This document shows, in pieces, positions 9,503-18,484 of a stretch of 52,397 nt of DNA. The notes under the pieces were generated by a model, which was given only the letters and a program-made list of their open reading frames with translations, had not been told where the DNA came from and did not search any database. The first letter of the stretch is position 1; each line of letters starts with the position of its first letter. Source of the stretch: a virus (lineage: Duplodnaviria > Caudoviricetes); IMG/VR virus record IMGVR_UViG_3300034375_000774, positions 1-52,397 of that record. One strand, 5' to 3'. Both the position numbers and the translations under genes were made by a program.

Positions 9503-11616
9503 TAGCCTACGTTCCCACTAAATCCTTGTTCGCCTGGTTGTGGTGCTGTACCTGTACCCATCTGCCCACCACCTGAGCCAGTTGTGTCTTGTACTTGTGC
9601 ACCTGCTGGAGCTTGACCCTCTGGACCTGGCGCTGGGCCTGGTTGAGGAGGCTGTTGTGGTGTGAACTTCTTGAATAACTCAGCTTGGATAGCTGCGTCT
9701 TGCATAGAGTTAGTCACCTTGTCTGGGTCTAGGTCCATGCTCTTAGCGATCTCACGAATGATATAGTCCATCTTAGCGAAAGGTGCAAGCATCGGGTTAG
9801 ACGCTACCTGTAAGAACTGCATTAGGCGCTGGGAGCGTACCTCGTTAGACATCAAGCTTTCTGTACCTGATGCTTTGACTTCTAAGTCGCCCTTGATTGA
9901 CTCATCAAAGTCAAACTGCATGTTGAAGCTAAAGAATGCTTTACCTAGAGGCCCAAGCAAGTAGTCGTCTACATTTTTAACTACTGAACGGATAGAGCCG
10001 TTGGCAGCAGACATAAGCATAGAAATACCAGAGGCAGTACGACCAACTCCCGATACGCCTGTCTGACCATGTGCGAAGGAAGGGAAACCAGTTGATTCAT
10101 CAGCTAAGACCCTAGCTTTGTCAAATAGTTGCATATTCTCTTGGGCAACGTTGGGGAACTTTGTACCGAAGAGGGCTTGTCCAGGTGCACCACCTTGTCG
10201 CCTAAACACCTTCCCTGGGTACACTGACATATCTTGTCCTGGCACCAAGTTGGTTTCGTCCACTTCGATGATAAGGTTGCCAGATAAAGCAGCATTGTCG
10301 ATAGCCATCCGCATAAAGCCATTCATTAATGTCTGTGTATCGTCCATGTTCTCTGCGATACCGACACCAAAAAACGAGTAGGGGTTATGTTCATAAGGTG
10401 TTGCGTAGTAAGGAATACGTGCAGGCTTGAATGGGTTTAGTACCATACGTAGTACTTCACCGTTACAGATCCAGATGTTACAGCTGATCTCAACTAAATC
10501 TTTAAACTCTTTAGGGATCTTGACACCATTATCTTCTAGGATATCTATATCTACAAAACCCCAGAACTCTAACACTTCCCAGCGCTCTGACTCAGATAGT
10601 GTGTCGTCGTCTTCCATCTTCATTTCCCAGTGCTTACGTACATAGTCTGGGCTTTGAGCAATAGCTGTTTCGATAGCTTCGTCACGGAAGTAAGGACGAC
10701 CTTTTAGTGCACGAAGCTGGTTACGTGACATCTTGTGACGTTCAACTACATACTCTGCGTCATCCATTGATGTAGCTTCTGGGTCAGGATAAAAGTTCCA
10801 AACTGAGACATTGTTACACTCAGGTACAGTCTTAACTAGAGGTTCATACTCACCGCTTTCATTCCAGTTAGGGTACTCTTTATCTACAGCGAATGGTCCT
10901 TTCATTACGCCTGTACCAAGTAGTGCCATCTCGAAAGCCATAGAGCGTAGATGCTTAGATGCGCCACTCTCTTGTAGCTGATCGTGGATCTTCTTTTCCA
11001 TCTTCTTAGCTGCAACAAGCGCTGGGTGGAAAGACACTGTAGTAGGAGTAGTACCGTCACCCTCAATAACCTTGTCAGCTACAGGAGCTAACTTGTTACG
11101 CATACCAGCAAGACGCTCTTGTAAGTCAATGATAGTCTCTCCTGGACGTAGCTTACCATCATCACCTAGTAGCGGAGTAGGCGCAGCAACTTGTTCTGTT
11201 ACTTGACGAGCTTCATCACCAGCTTGTTCTGCATTAGGATCTACATTGATGTGTACAGCATCAGCTACACCATCAGGTAATACTGTAGGATCTACAGACA
11301 GAGGGAACTTATTGTTACCGAATAGTACATCTACGATCTGACCATACGCAGCAAGAGTCTTAGTCTTAGTAACCTTAACAAATACACGAGACTTCTCTGT
11401 GTCTGTGAACTGTACGTCTGGACCATACAAGCCACGATAGTTACGATAGGCACGTAGCCAACGCTCTTCGTCTACTTGTCGTGCGTCCTCTGCACGTTTA
11501 TAACGCTCGTTAACATACGTTACTACGCTACTGACAGACTCGAAGAGTTTATCACTGCCATCTTCTGCAGCAACTACTTCGTCTGTGTCAAAGTTTAGAT
11601 CATCAATGTCTGCCAT
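9502..11616 (-). CDS. Portal protein
   Basis: 704 aa directly after TerL; LLGTGVMKGP, VWNFYPDP, FFGVGIAE and RTASGISML motifs. Confidence 0.9.
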   Translation of the reverse strand: MADIDDLNFDTDEVVAAEDGSDKLFESVSSVVTYVNERYKRAEDARQVDEERWLRAYRNYRGLYGPDVQFTDTEKSRVFVKVTKTKTLAAYGQIVDVLFGNNKFPLSVDPTVLPDGVADAVHINVDPNAEQAGDEARQVTEQVAAPTPLLGDDGKLRPGETIIDLQERLAGMRNKLAPVADKVIEGDGTTPTTVSFHPALVAAKKMEKKIHDQLQESGASKHLRSMAFEMALLGTGVMKGPFAVDKEYPNWNESGEYEPLVKTVPECNNVSVWNFYPDPEATSMDDAEYVVERHKMSRNQLRALKGRPYFRDEAIETAIAQSPDYVRKHWEMKMEDDDTLSESERWEVLEFWGFVDIDILEDNGVKIPKEFKDLVEISCNIWICNGEVLRMVLNPFKPARIPYYATPYEHNPYSFFGVGIAENMDDTQTLMNGFMRMAIDNAALSGNLIIEVDETNLVPGQDMSVYPGKVFRRQGGAPGQALFGTKFPNVAQENMQLFDKARVLADESTGFPSFAHGQTGVSGVGRTASGISMLMSAANGSIRSVVKNVDDYLLGPLGKAFFSFNMQFDFDESIKGDLEVKASGTESLMSNEVRSQRLMQFLQVASNPMLAPFAKMDYIIREIAKSMDLDPDKVTNSMQDAAIQAELFKKFTPQQPPQPGPAPGPEGQAPAGAQVQDTTGSGGGQMGTGTAPQPGEQGFSGNVG

Positions 11617-11619
11617 ATT

Positions 11620-13215
11620 TTAGTACCCGAATGTTGAGTCTGAAGCTTGAAAACCAGTACGACCACTTTTAGCTGGATCGTAATCCCATATAGAACTGCG
11701 TGGTCTTGTCATAATACCATAACGCAAAGCATCATACAAGTGGTCTTCTGCATTTGTGTCTACATCTTCTGGGTTTTTCTTATCCAAAGGTATAGACGGT
11801 AGTTGCGCTATCATGTTGGTGCAGGTAGAGAAGAATACGAGTCTTGGCTCCTCAGTAAACTCATCTACCTGTAATCGACGGTGTATCTCGTTCTTGCCAG
11901 AAACACGTGAGCCTCTTGAGCGATCTGAAGGACGCCATCTGCAACCCTTCATGTTCATCTGCTCTGCCAAGGATGGGCCAGTGTCTCCACGGTTGTGCCA
12001 CAAAGAAGAGTCCAACACGCCGTATCTGATTGTACCATCGTTAACCTCTTCTCGCAAGATCATATCTGCTAAATCAGAAGCTGTAACTTTAGAACAATAT
12101 AGTTCCCTGTATACAACCAGTTGTTCACTTGGGCTGACAGCGATCCAGACCACTCCAGTGAAGGAGCCGTAACCATAGTCGCAAGCTCTAAACTTAGTCC
12201 ACGACTGAGGGATATCGTATGGCTCCACCACGTGTATGTTTCTGTTAAACTCAGGAAAAGCTGCCCCTTCGTTAATATCCCAGTTACCTTCAAGCAGCTG
12301 CTTTCTTTGGTGTTCAGGCAGTGACAAAAGCATTGCTTCGTAGTCGCCACTCTCAGCTAAGTAAGGATTGTCAAACAAACTAGCTGGGATAAATCTTCTT
12401 TTAAATAGTGGTTCTCCTGCTCTACTGTGACCAGAAGGAAACGTTAGTGTCTCACCTGTTTCTATATTTGTAGCCCAGAATGACTCACCTGCAGGCGCTG
12501 GGTCAATAAACATTTTCTTTACCCAAGAGTGTCCACTGCCTCCTGGGTTAGTTGTAGCTCTCATATAGAGACCTAACTCTTTAGAGCTACTACGTAGACG
12601 TGAACGCATGTAGTTCCACGCATAAGGACTGTTCCACTGTGTAAGCTCGTCGAAAGCTATGTAGTTGAACGCTTGCCCTTGATAGCGCATAACGTCTGTG
12701 TCTTTGTCGAGGTAGGACATCCATAGTCGTCCTCCTCTGGGAGTAGTCCATTGAGACTTACGTTCGCTCCATTTAATCCCAGGAATTGCTTTAGGATATA
12801 ACTCTTGGCTTTTCTGAATAAGTTCACGTAGTTCTTCCGTTGTATGTCGAACAAGTAGACCACTGAAGTCTGGGTTGTTCATGTCACGTAGAGGGTCTGC
12901 TAGAGTAGCGTAAGACTTGCCGCCGCCTGCTGCCCCACCATAAAGTACTTCACGCTCTGAGGAAGCCAGATATTGAGTCTGTGGGCCTGGGTTAGGCTTA
13001 AAGACTACCTCTTGTGCAGCTATGGGGTCAAACTCTGCTGGTTTAACTTCAGCGGGTACAAACTCTTCAGGCTGCGTCTTCTCCGCTATCTTCTTCGTAG
13101 GTGTAGTAGCCGAGTCTTTCTTTTTCGAGGATCTCGTACTGCTTAAGCGCTTTTTCGTACCTTTCGGTAAGCTTGCGTTTAATTGCAGCAAGTGATTTAC
13201 GTTTTCTTTCGACAT
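11620..13215 (-). CDS. terL: Terminase large subunit (start uncertain)
   Basis: Walker A YGGAAGGGKS, Walker B IAFDE, coupling motif ATTNPGG, nuclease DYGY and DHLYDALRY. Confidence 0.95.
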   Translation of the reverse strand: MSKENVNHLLQLNASLPKGTKKRLSSTRSSKKKDSATTPTKKIAEKTQPEEFVPAEVKPAEFDPIAAQEVVFKPNPGPQTQYLASSEREVLYGGAAGGGKSYATLADPLRDMNNPDFSGLLVRHTTEELRELIQKSQELYPKAIPGIKWSERKSQWTTPRGGRLWMSYLDKDTDVMRYQGQAFNYIAFDELTQWNSPYAWNYMRSRLRSSSKELGLYMRATTNPGGSGHSWVKKMFIDPAPAGESFWATNIETGETLTFPSGHSRAGEPLFKRRFIPASLFDNPYLAESGDYEAMLLSLPEHQRKQLLEGNWDINEGAAFPEFNRNIHVVEPYDIPQSWTKFRACDYGYGSFTGVVWIAVSPSEQLVVYRELYCSKVTASDLADMILREEVNDGTIRYGVLDSSLWHNRGDTGPSLAEQMNMKGCRWRPSDRSRGSRVSGKNEIHRRLQVDEFTEEPRLVFFSTCTNMIAQLPSIPLDKKNPEDVDTNAEDHLYDALRYGIMTRPRSSIWDYDPAKSGRTGFQASDSTFGY

Positions 13216-13510
13216 CTATACGCTTTCTTAACCCTGAGTGAGATATACGCCGACCTGACTGTGTAGATAACCAAGCAGCTACTTCTCTATAACTATACTG
13301 CTTTAAGTGTTTCTTTGCAAGATCTAATAGTTCTAATTCTTTAGAGATGGGCTTTAGCCAGTCGTCATCTTCAGGATCAATCTCGTACCCGAAAGGTATC
13401 TGATGTGTTAGACGTGGGATTCGCTCCCATCTTTTTACTTTGAAGTCAGGCTTAGGCAACATCCAGTAACCTAAGCTCTCACGTTCTTTTGCTTTAGTTA
13501 TCCGTATCAT
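13067..13510 (-). CDS. DNA-binding protein with a recombinase-domain-like HTH (packaging associated)
   Basis: IPFGY ... SYREVAAWL ... ISHSGLRKRI; likely ATG at 13510. Confidence 0.6.
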   Translation of the reverse strand: MIRITKAKERESLGYWMLPKPDFKVKRWERIPRLTHQIPFGYEIDPEDDDWLKPISKELELLDLAKKHLKQYSYREVAAWLSTQSGRRISHSGLRKRIDVERKRKSLAAIKRKLTERYEKALKQYEILEKERLGYYTYEEDSGEDAA

Positions 13511-13868
13511 TACTATCTTTAGGTGGTAGAATAAACAACCCACCCGAAGATTGCACTTCTACTCGTTCTGTTTTCACGATACCTGCACGGTCAAGTACTT
13601 CTTTTGCTGCATGCATCTTTTCTTTTACGCCTAGCTCAGTAGGGTCAACTAGAGCTTGACCAAATGCTACGGCTGCTTTAGGTCCAATACGTGACATGTA
13701 TGTTTTAGTTGCATCGAAGATCTCATCTTTAAGAGCATCAACAATCAAACGGGTAGGCGTGTTGTCACTGTAACCTGCAAGCTTCTTAGCTTTAACTACG
13801 TCACCACCAGCTTCATCGAATAGTACTTCGAGAAACTTTAGTTGGTTTTCTGTTAGATTTTTTGCCAT
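13494..13868 (-). CDS. Terminase small subunit-like protein
   Basis: LTENQLKFL...AKKLAGYS N-terminal HTH and AAKEVLDRAG motif; upstream of terL; likely ATG at 13868. Confidence 0.65.
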   Translation of the reverse strand: MAKNLTENQLKFLEVLFDEAGGDVVKAKKLAGYSDNTPTRLIVDALKDEIFDATKTYMSRIGPKAAVAFGQALVDPTELGVKEKMHAAKEVLDRAGIVKTERVEVQSSGGLFILPPKDSNDTDN

Positions 13869-13967
13869 TAGCTTTCCTGTCGATATTCTCTGCAATCTTT
13901 TTGTAGCTTGTTATTATAAGTATCCTACCTTGCTTATCGTAGGCATAATACTTACCGTCCCTTTTAA

Positions 13968-14423
13968 CTACGTAGTTAGATATATGATAAACCCCAATAC
14001 ACCAAACCCTACTAATAATAAAAGACCTGATACAGTCCAAGTTATTATAGCTTCTTGTAGCTCAGCTTTGCGATACTCTTGCTCTTTCTTTTGCTTTCGT
14101 ATTTTAGCTTCTGTAGCTACAAGCTCATCCCAAGCTGACGGACCCATTGTAAAACTTATGTAGTCCTTTAGCTCTTTACGCATTTGCTCTGCTTTACGCT
14201 TAGCTGCAAACACTTCCATCGCTTCAGCTTCTACAGAACCTCCTAGTGTCTTCCACCAGGGAGGGTTCTTTACTTGCTTCTCAGCTTGTCCTAAGTCAGA
14301 CATATGCCCAGCCCATTTAGTTAATTGGCTAGACATGTCTTGCAGATCTTTACCTACTGCAAAGCCTTTCTTAAGAGCGTTAAAGGCGACAGTGGCCCCA
14401 CTTATTATTGTTACTGGGTCCAT
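13968..14423 (-). CDS. Membrane-anchored hypothetical protein
   Basis: 151 aa, GAGGAGG RBS, coiled coil plus C-terminal TM helix. Confidence 0.75.
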   Translation of the reverse strand: MDPVTIISGATVAFNALKKGFAVGKDLQDMSSQLTKWAGHMSDLGQAEKQVKNPPWWKTLGGSVEAEAMEVFAAKRKAEQMRKELKDYISFTMGPSAWDELVATEAKIRKQKKEQEYRKAELQEAIITWTVSGLLLLVGFGVLGFIIYLTT

Positions 14424-14450
14424 ACTGCCTCCTCAAACAAGTATAGAACA

Positions 14451-14660
14451 TTACTTACCTTCTTTTACGATACGCTTGATGTCTCCACGTCCAATACCAA
14501 TATCGTTTAACTCACGGTCAGACATACGGTATAGGTGCATCTCAGCGATACGGCGGTTAGCTTCTGCTTGACGAGCTTCGATTAGTGCTTCTAGTGCACG
14601 TACAAACCAAGCTTTAATGTTGTAGGCCCACTTTGATGATTCAGAAATTACTAGTTCCAT
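14451..14660 (-). CDS. DUF1127 (YjiS-like) small protein
   Basis: LYRMSDRELNDIGIGRGDI matches the DUF1127 signature; AAGGAG RBS. Confidence 0.85.
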   Translation of the reverse strand: MELVISESSKWAYNIKAWFVRALEALIEARQAEANRRIAEMHLYRMSDRELNDIGIGRGDIKRIVKEGK

Positions 14661-14777
14661 TATATATGTACTCCTTGTGTGTTTTAATGGATGTACATAT
14701 AGTTATACTATAATACTGGGCCTTTTAAAATAACTAATTAGGAATACCCGTTATGCGTCAATGTCAACTAACTGTGC

Positions 14778-15143
14778 TTAACCAACAGGTACAAAGGTCT
14801 CAGTTACAGTGCACATAAAGTCTAGTTCAGGTGAAGAATTACCAGACGCAATGCATTTAATAGTATCTCCTGGTTCTAATACAAGAGTGGCACCTGTAAG
14901 CAAAACGTTCTCTCCTAAACCTAAGTTTTTACCTCCAATAAGCCTGAACTCAGCAGAGTCACTTGCTCTTACCCACTTAGCCAAAGCAGTCGTAGTACCA
15001 TTTGCATTCACACAAAAAAGCATAGTTACTTCTGCACGACAATTAGCAGGACAGGTATAGAGAGTCTCTACTGCATCCTGAGTGTCACACACGACACCTT
15101 TACTGACTGAACGTGCAGATTTGCCTTGGTTAAAAAGTGTCAT
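14778..15143 (-). CDS. Hypothetical virion protein (beta-sandwich)
   Basis: TLYTCPAN ... LVLEPGDTI pattern common in marine phage structural proteins. Confidence 0.65.
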   Translation of the reverse strand: MTLFNQGKSARSVSKGVVCDTQDAVETLYTCPANCRAEVTMLFCVNANGTTTALAKWVRASDSAEFRLIGGKNLGLGENVLLTGATLVLEPGDTIKCIASGNSSPELDFMCTVTETFVPVG

Positions 15144-15511
15144 TACTTATTCTTTTTACTTTTAACTACGTAAGCTTCATTCACATCAGGTGTAGAGGGA
15201 TCATCAGCGATGAAATGTCCATTCTCATCACGAGCACGTACAATCTCAAGATCATCTTTCTTCACTGCCTTTGCTTTAGGTGCTACTTTCTTAACTACCT
15301 TTTTAACTGCAGCTTTAGCTTTAGTAGCTAAACTCATCTCAGCTTCTTGACAGATAGCGTTTACGTTAGGGTCTTTACTTTGTACGTTACCGTAGTTGTC
15401 TTCACCTGCAGCTTGATTCCCCATAGAATCCCACACATAGCCGTGCTCATCTACACGATAACCTTTAGCTTCTAGAGCGTCTTGATACTTATGGTAATAC
15501 TTCTGTGCCAT
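15143..15511 (-). CDS. Hypothetical protein
   Basis: Lys/Ala-rich linker and RARDENGHFIADDPSTPDVNEAY motif; coupled to neighbours. Confidence 0.75.
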   Translation of the reverse strand: MAQKYYHKYQDALEAKGYRVDEHGYVWDSMGNQAAGEDNYGNVQSKDPNVNAICQEAEMSLATKAKAAVKKVVKKVAPKAKAVKKDDLEIVRARDENGHFIADDPSTPDVNEAYVVKSKKNK

Positions 15512-15741
15512 TACTTACTCGTTTTCATTGGACGCTCAGCAGGGTTAGATGCACCACAAGCTAGTCCACCGTATGCGTATCCACGCTTCTTAGTCATACC
15601 GCCGCCATACATCCCAGCGCCCATCATGTCTGGTTTCTTTTTTGTCATACCGCCTGCAGCCATACCTGTCTTTTCTTTTTGACAGCCTTCTTTAGCGCAT
15701 TTAGCTGGGGTCTTACACCCTGGACAAGGTTTAAATTTCAT
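15511..15741 (-). CDS. Small basic protein with Cys cluster and three xxGG motifs
   Basis: Likely ATG at 15741 (MKFKPCPGCKTPAKCAKEGC). Confidence 0.65.
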   Translation of the reverse strand: MKFKPCPGCKTPAKCAKEGCQKEKTGMAAGGMTKKKPDMMGAGMYGGGMTKKRGYAYGGLACGASNPAERPMKTSK

Positions 15742-15743
15742 AA

Positions 15744-16025
15744 CTAAGTTCTCTTTCTTCCTGATGCTGTTGTTGACCAATTAACTTTAGATGGTCCTGT
15801 CTTTTTCTGTGCCTCTTTTTTGGATATTTTTGAGGCAACTTCTTTCGGCCTACACGCTGGGTATGGGCGACTTGAGTCACTGGCTGAACTGCGCCCACAT
15901 TCTTTACCTGTCTTAACGTCAGTCCATTCTTCACCAAACCACTTACCTAAGCCTCCTTCAGAAAAACCTCTACGTTGACTTTGTAATACATGTTTGCTAC
16001 GTGACCTTGTTCTTTGTTGTGCCAC
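15744..16025 (-). CDS. Basic hypothetical protein (DUF5872-like region)
   Basis: GLGKWFGEEWTDVKTGKECGR...YPACRP motif; start uncertain. Confidence 0.6.
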   Translation of the reverse strand: MAQQRTRSRSKHVLQSQRRGFSEGGLGKWFGEEWTDVKTGKECGRSSASDSSRPYPACRPKEVASKISKKEAQKKTGPSKVNWSTTASGRKRT

Positions 16026-16284
16026 TATACTTGCCTCCAGCTTTCTTGTACTCTTTCACTACCCAAGCTGAAGCGTATGCGCTGGGCCACACGTCAAACT
16101 TTTGTTTAGCTTGTGCTACCTTGCTATTGTATAACTTCTTATTAGTTGGAGTAGGAGTGCTACCACCTTCACTGTAACCACTCGCATAGATTGCTTTACC
16201 TTGACGTTCAGCTGCAGCTTTAGTTTTGTAGACTTTACCAGTCTTACCCCAACGATAACCACCTGCTACTTTTTGTACTGGCAT
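15997..16284 (-). CDS. Basic hypothetical protein (DUF5872-like region)
   Basis: YRWGKTGKVY and KFDVWPSAYASAWVVKEYKKAGGKY motifs. Confidence 0.65.
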   Translation of the reverse strand: MPVQKVAGGYRWGKTGKVYKTKAAAERQGKAIYASGYSEGGSTPTPTNKKLYNSKVAQAKQKFDVWPSAYASAWVVKEYKKAGGKYSGTTKNKVT

Positions 16285-16472
16285 TATGCGCTATCACCTT
16301 CTACTTTATGACAGTGTGGTGTAGCGTAAGCACCGCCTTGTCTTATGTTTGTAGCTACTTGTCCTGCTTCCTCTAAGCAAGCCTGCTCACTGTAAAACGG
16401 TTCAGGCTTAGCTATGATCTTACACGATAGTGCCATAGGATCAAAACAAACTAGCAGTATTCCTATCCACAT
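16284..16472 (-). CDS. Small Cys-containing, possibly exported protein
   Basis: Likely ATG at 16472 (MWIGILLVC...C...C...C), 62 aa. Confidence 0.6.
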   Translation of the reverse strand: MWIGILLVCFDPMALSCKIIAKPEPFYSEQACLEEAGQVATNIRQGGAYATPHCHKVEGDSA

Positions 16473-16473
16473 A

Positions 16474-16758
16474 TCACCAAGCCTTACAGGACCAGTAACG
16501 TGCAGTAAACTTATCCGTTGCTGTATCACAGTTATGTCTAGCTCTGAAGCTAGCACGACGACCTGGCTGATCTTTCTTGATAGTCATGTTAGGGTCACCA
16601 AAGCGTACAATCTTTACTTGGTCACCCTTCTTAGCTAATACAGCTGACTTCTTAGATTCACCAGGAGTACGTTTAGGTTTGTTGTACCCAGGGAATGTCT
16701 CACCACGATACTTGAGCTTTCCGCTAGGTAAACGTTCTACGTCTTTAGTTGTAGCCAT
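16474..16758 (-). CDS. Conserved basic phage protein
   Basis: VRFGD...RRASFRARHNC...ARYWSCKAW motif widespread in marine viruses. Confidence 0.75.
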   Translation of the reverse strand: MATTKDVERLPSGKLKYRGETFPGYNKPKRTPGESKKSAVLAKKGDQVKIVRFGDPNMTIKKDQPGRRASFRARHNCDTATDKFTARYWSCKAW

Positions 16759-17131
16759 CTAGTTTCTCTTTCAATGTTTTACGCCTAAAGGGTGCAGTCA
16801 CAGCGTGATATATAGCACGACCTATTTGCGTAGGGGTAGGTAGTATCCACCCAAGTAGTAACACAAGTAAAACCCAAGGAGGTATATTCGTGTTGTTAAT
16901 CTTCAAAGTATCTACAGGACCAGCTTCTACTTCTTTGAGAACCTCTGTAGTTATAACGTCCCGCCCAGCGCTTGTAGTTTCTTCTTGTTCGTATGTAACT
17001 ACAGCTTGCTTATTCTCTTTACCTATCTGAGCGTTACTGTTTACTGTAGGACCGCTACCACCACCGCTAAAGAAAGGTAACCCTGTTAAGCCACAGCTAG
17101 ATAATAGTAGGGTCAGGACTAGCCATCTCAT
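16745..17131 (-). CDS. Lipoprotein with C-terminal TM (possible unimolecular spanin)
   Basis: Lipobox LLLSSC, beta-rich middle, TM PPWVLLVLLLGWIL; lies in the lysis cluster. Confidence 0.55.
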   Translation of the reverse strand: MRWLVLTLLLSSCGLTGLPFFSGGGSGPTVNSNAQIGKENKQAVVTYEQEETTSAGRDVITTEVLKEVEAGPVDTLKINNTNIPPWVLLVLLLGWILPTPTQIGRAIYHAVTAPFRRKTLKEKLDGYN

Positions 17132-17268
17132 TTTACCATTGCATCATTCAAAAGAATGATCTCCAACCTTTGTACAGACAGTTGCAACTCATTCGTAGTC
17201 TTAATGTTCCAACCTATGAGGCCCATTACTGCAGCAAACAAAACAGAGATTATAGCTTTCTGATCCAT
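17128..17268 (-). CDS. 46-aa membrane protein (not in the ORF track)
   Basis: MDQKAIISVLFAAVMGLIGWNIKTTNELQLSVQRLEIILLNDAMVK; fills the gap exactly. Confidence 0.7.
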   Translation of the reverse strand: MDQKAIISVLFAAVMGLIGWNIKTTNELQLSVQRLEIILLNDAMVK

Positions 17269-17499
17269 CTACCTATCTCTAAGAGCTTGCTCTATACTGT
17301 CTAACTTATTAAAGATAGCCTTAATAGTCTCTTTCATTTCTTTCATCTCTCTGTCGTGAGATATAGCTCTAGACTCATGCTGAGCTTGAATAACTGCAAT
17401 ATCTTTTTCGTTCTTGTTGACCTTGTTGTAAAGAAACCAAACAGTAACTACAATAGGTGCAACTAACCACTGCATAAATATGTCAATCATCTCATACAT
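17269..17499 (-). CDS. Single-TM coiled-coil protein (holin-like)
   Basis: N-terminal TM plus coiled coil, directly after the endolysin. Confidence 0.6.
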   Translation of the reverse strand: MYEMIDIFMQWLVAPIVVTVWFLYNKVNKNEKDIAVIQAQHESRAISHDREMKEMKETIKAIFNKLDSIEQALRDR

Positions 17500-17506
17500 A
17501 ATACTA

Positions 17507-17980
17507 TTAGACCATCATTTCAAAGTGTGGAGCATCAATAAAAGGACGACGACCTTGAGATCTACGTAAGTCAATGTATGCATTCATTGCATCTTCAGCT
17601 GTATCATCGTAGTAACGGATGTCACCCTCTGACCAAGCTGCACCCCATTTGATAGGTACTTCTAGCTCTTCAGCTGCTGTAGCCATAGCGTCACATATAT
17701 TATCGTAGACATTAAGTTCCCACGATACGTTAGAACCAAAGTACGCTACAAGGTCTACAGCGTGACTATAACCGTCACCTTGGATCAAGTGCTTACTTTT
17801 CATAGTCTGTGACCGCCCAGAGTTATACAACTCCTTCTGCTCAGCTAAAGTTCTGACTCCATAAGTCACACCGAAGTCTACATCTGTAAGCTCAATAGCA
17901 CGTTTAACTACAGCCACAAGATCTGGGTGTACTCCATCTAGTTTATCTAAAGAGCGCTGGGATAGTTTAAACACAGCCAT
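17507..17980 (-). CDS. Endolysin, peptidase M15 family
   Basis: LSQRS..KLDGVHPDL, GVRT..EQ, SKHL...AVDL, WGAAW and DAPHFE motifs. Confidence 0.9.
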   Translation of the reverse strand: MAVFKLSQRSLDKLDGVHPDLVAVVKRAIELTDVDFGVTYGVRTLAEQKELYNSGRSQTMKSKHLIQGDGYSHAVDLVAYFGSNVSWELNVYDNICDAMATAAEELEVPIKWGAAWSEGDIRYYDDTAEDAMNAYIDLRRSQGRRPFIDAPHFEMMV

Positions 17981-18301
17981 TTAACGCATATCCTTTGTCT
18001 TAGCACCCATAGGCTTACCAGCCATATAAGCTGTAGCACCCATGTATGCAGCTACAATACCTGTCTGTGCAATATAGAAAAGACCCAGTAGATCAGCTAA
18101 AGCTGCTACACGAGTCTCACTAATAATGTCACTAAACAACAAACCTGTGAAGCCAATCATCATAAGCATAGCTATCCAAGCCATGCGCTTCTGAGACTGT
18201 GCTTTCTCTTCACGTAGCTCTATCTCAAGCATACGCTCTTTACGTGCTATCTCACTTTCAGTGATGACTCCATCGCCATCCATGTCGAAGTCAACTACCA
18301 T
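17981..18301 (-). CDS. Two-TM holin-like protein with N-terminal EF-hand-like loop
   Basis: DMDGDGVITESE loop, two hydrophobic helices, upstream of the endolysin; ATG 18301 or GTG 18316. Confidence 0.6.
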   Translation of the reverse strand: MVVDFDMDGDGVITESEIARKERMLEIELREEKAQSQKRMAWIAMLMMIGFTGLLFSDIISETRVAALADLLGLFYIAQTGIVAAYMGATAYMAGKPMGAKTKDMR

Positions 18302-18333
18302 GTTCGCTGCGCTCACTCGTAAGCAAGCTTACT
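18301..18333 (-). repeat. 33-bp repeat, copy A
   Basis: AGTAAGCTTGCTTACGAGTGAGCGCAGCGAACA on the minus strand; 31/33 identical to 21351-21383. Confidence 0.9.
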
Positions 18334-18341
18334 CCTGTTTA

Positions 18342-18455
18342 TTATACTACGTAATGATACACTTCATGTGCTACAGCTAGAGCTACAATACCTAGAATAG
18401 CTGTCTTAGGGTTTGACTTAGCACAAGTCCATACTTTTTTAAGTTTATCTACCAT
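18342..18455 (-). CDS. 37-aa membrane peptide (not in the ORF track)
   Basis: MVDKLKKVWTCAKSNPKTAILGIVALAVAHEVYHYVV; AGAGAGAG upstream. Confidence 0.55.
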   Translation of the reverse strand: MVDKLKKVWTCAKSNPKTAILGIVALAVAHEVYHYVV

Positions 18456-18484
18456 AAGGTCTCTCTCTATTTCGTTCTAAACAC

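Noticed and set aside
13813-14040. Minus-strand ORF bridging the membrane protein and TerS-like genes
   Set aside because: The middle looks protein-like (YYAYDKQGRILIIT) but there is no plausible start or RBS and no clear slippery site; left uncalled
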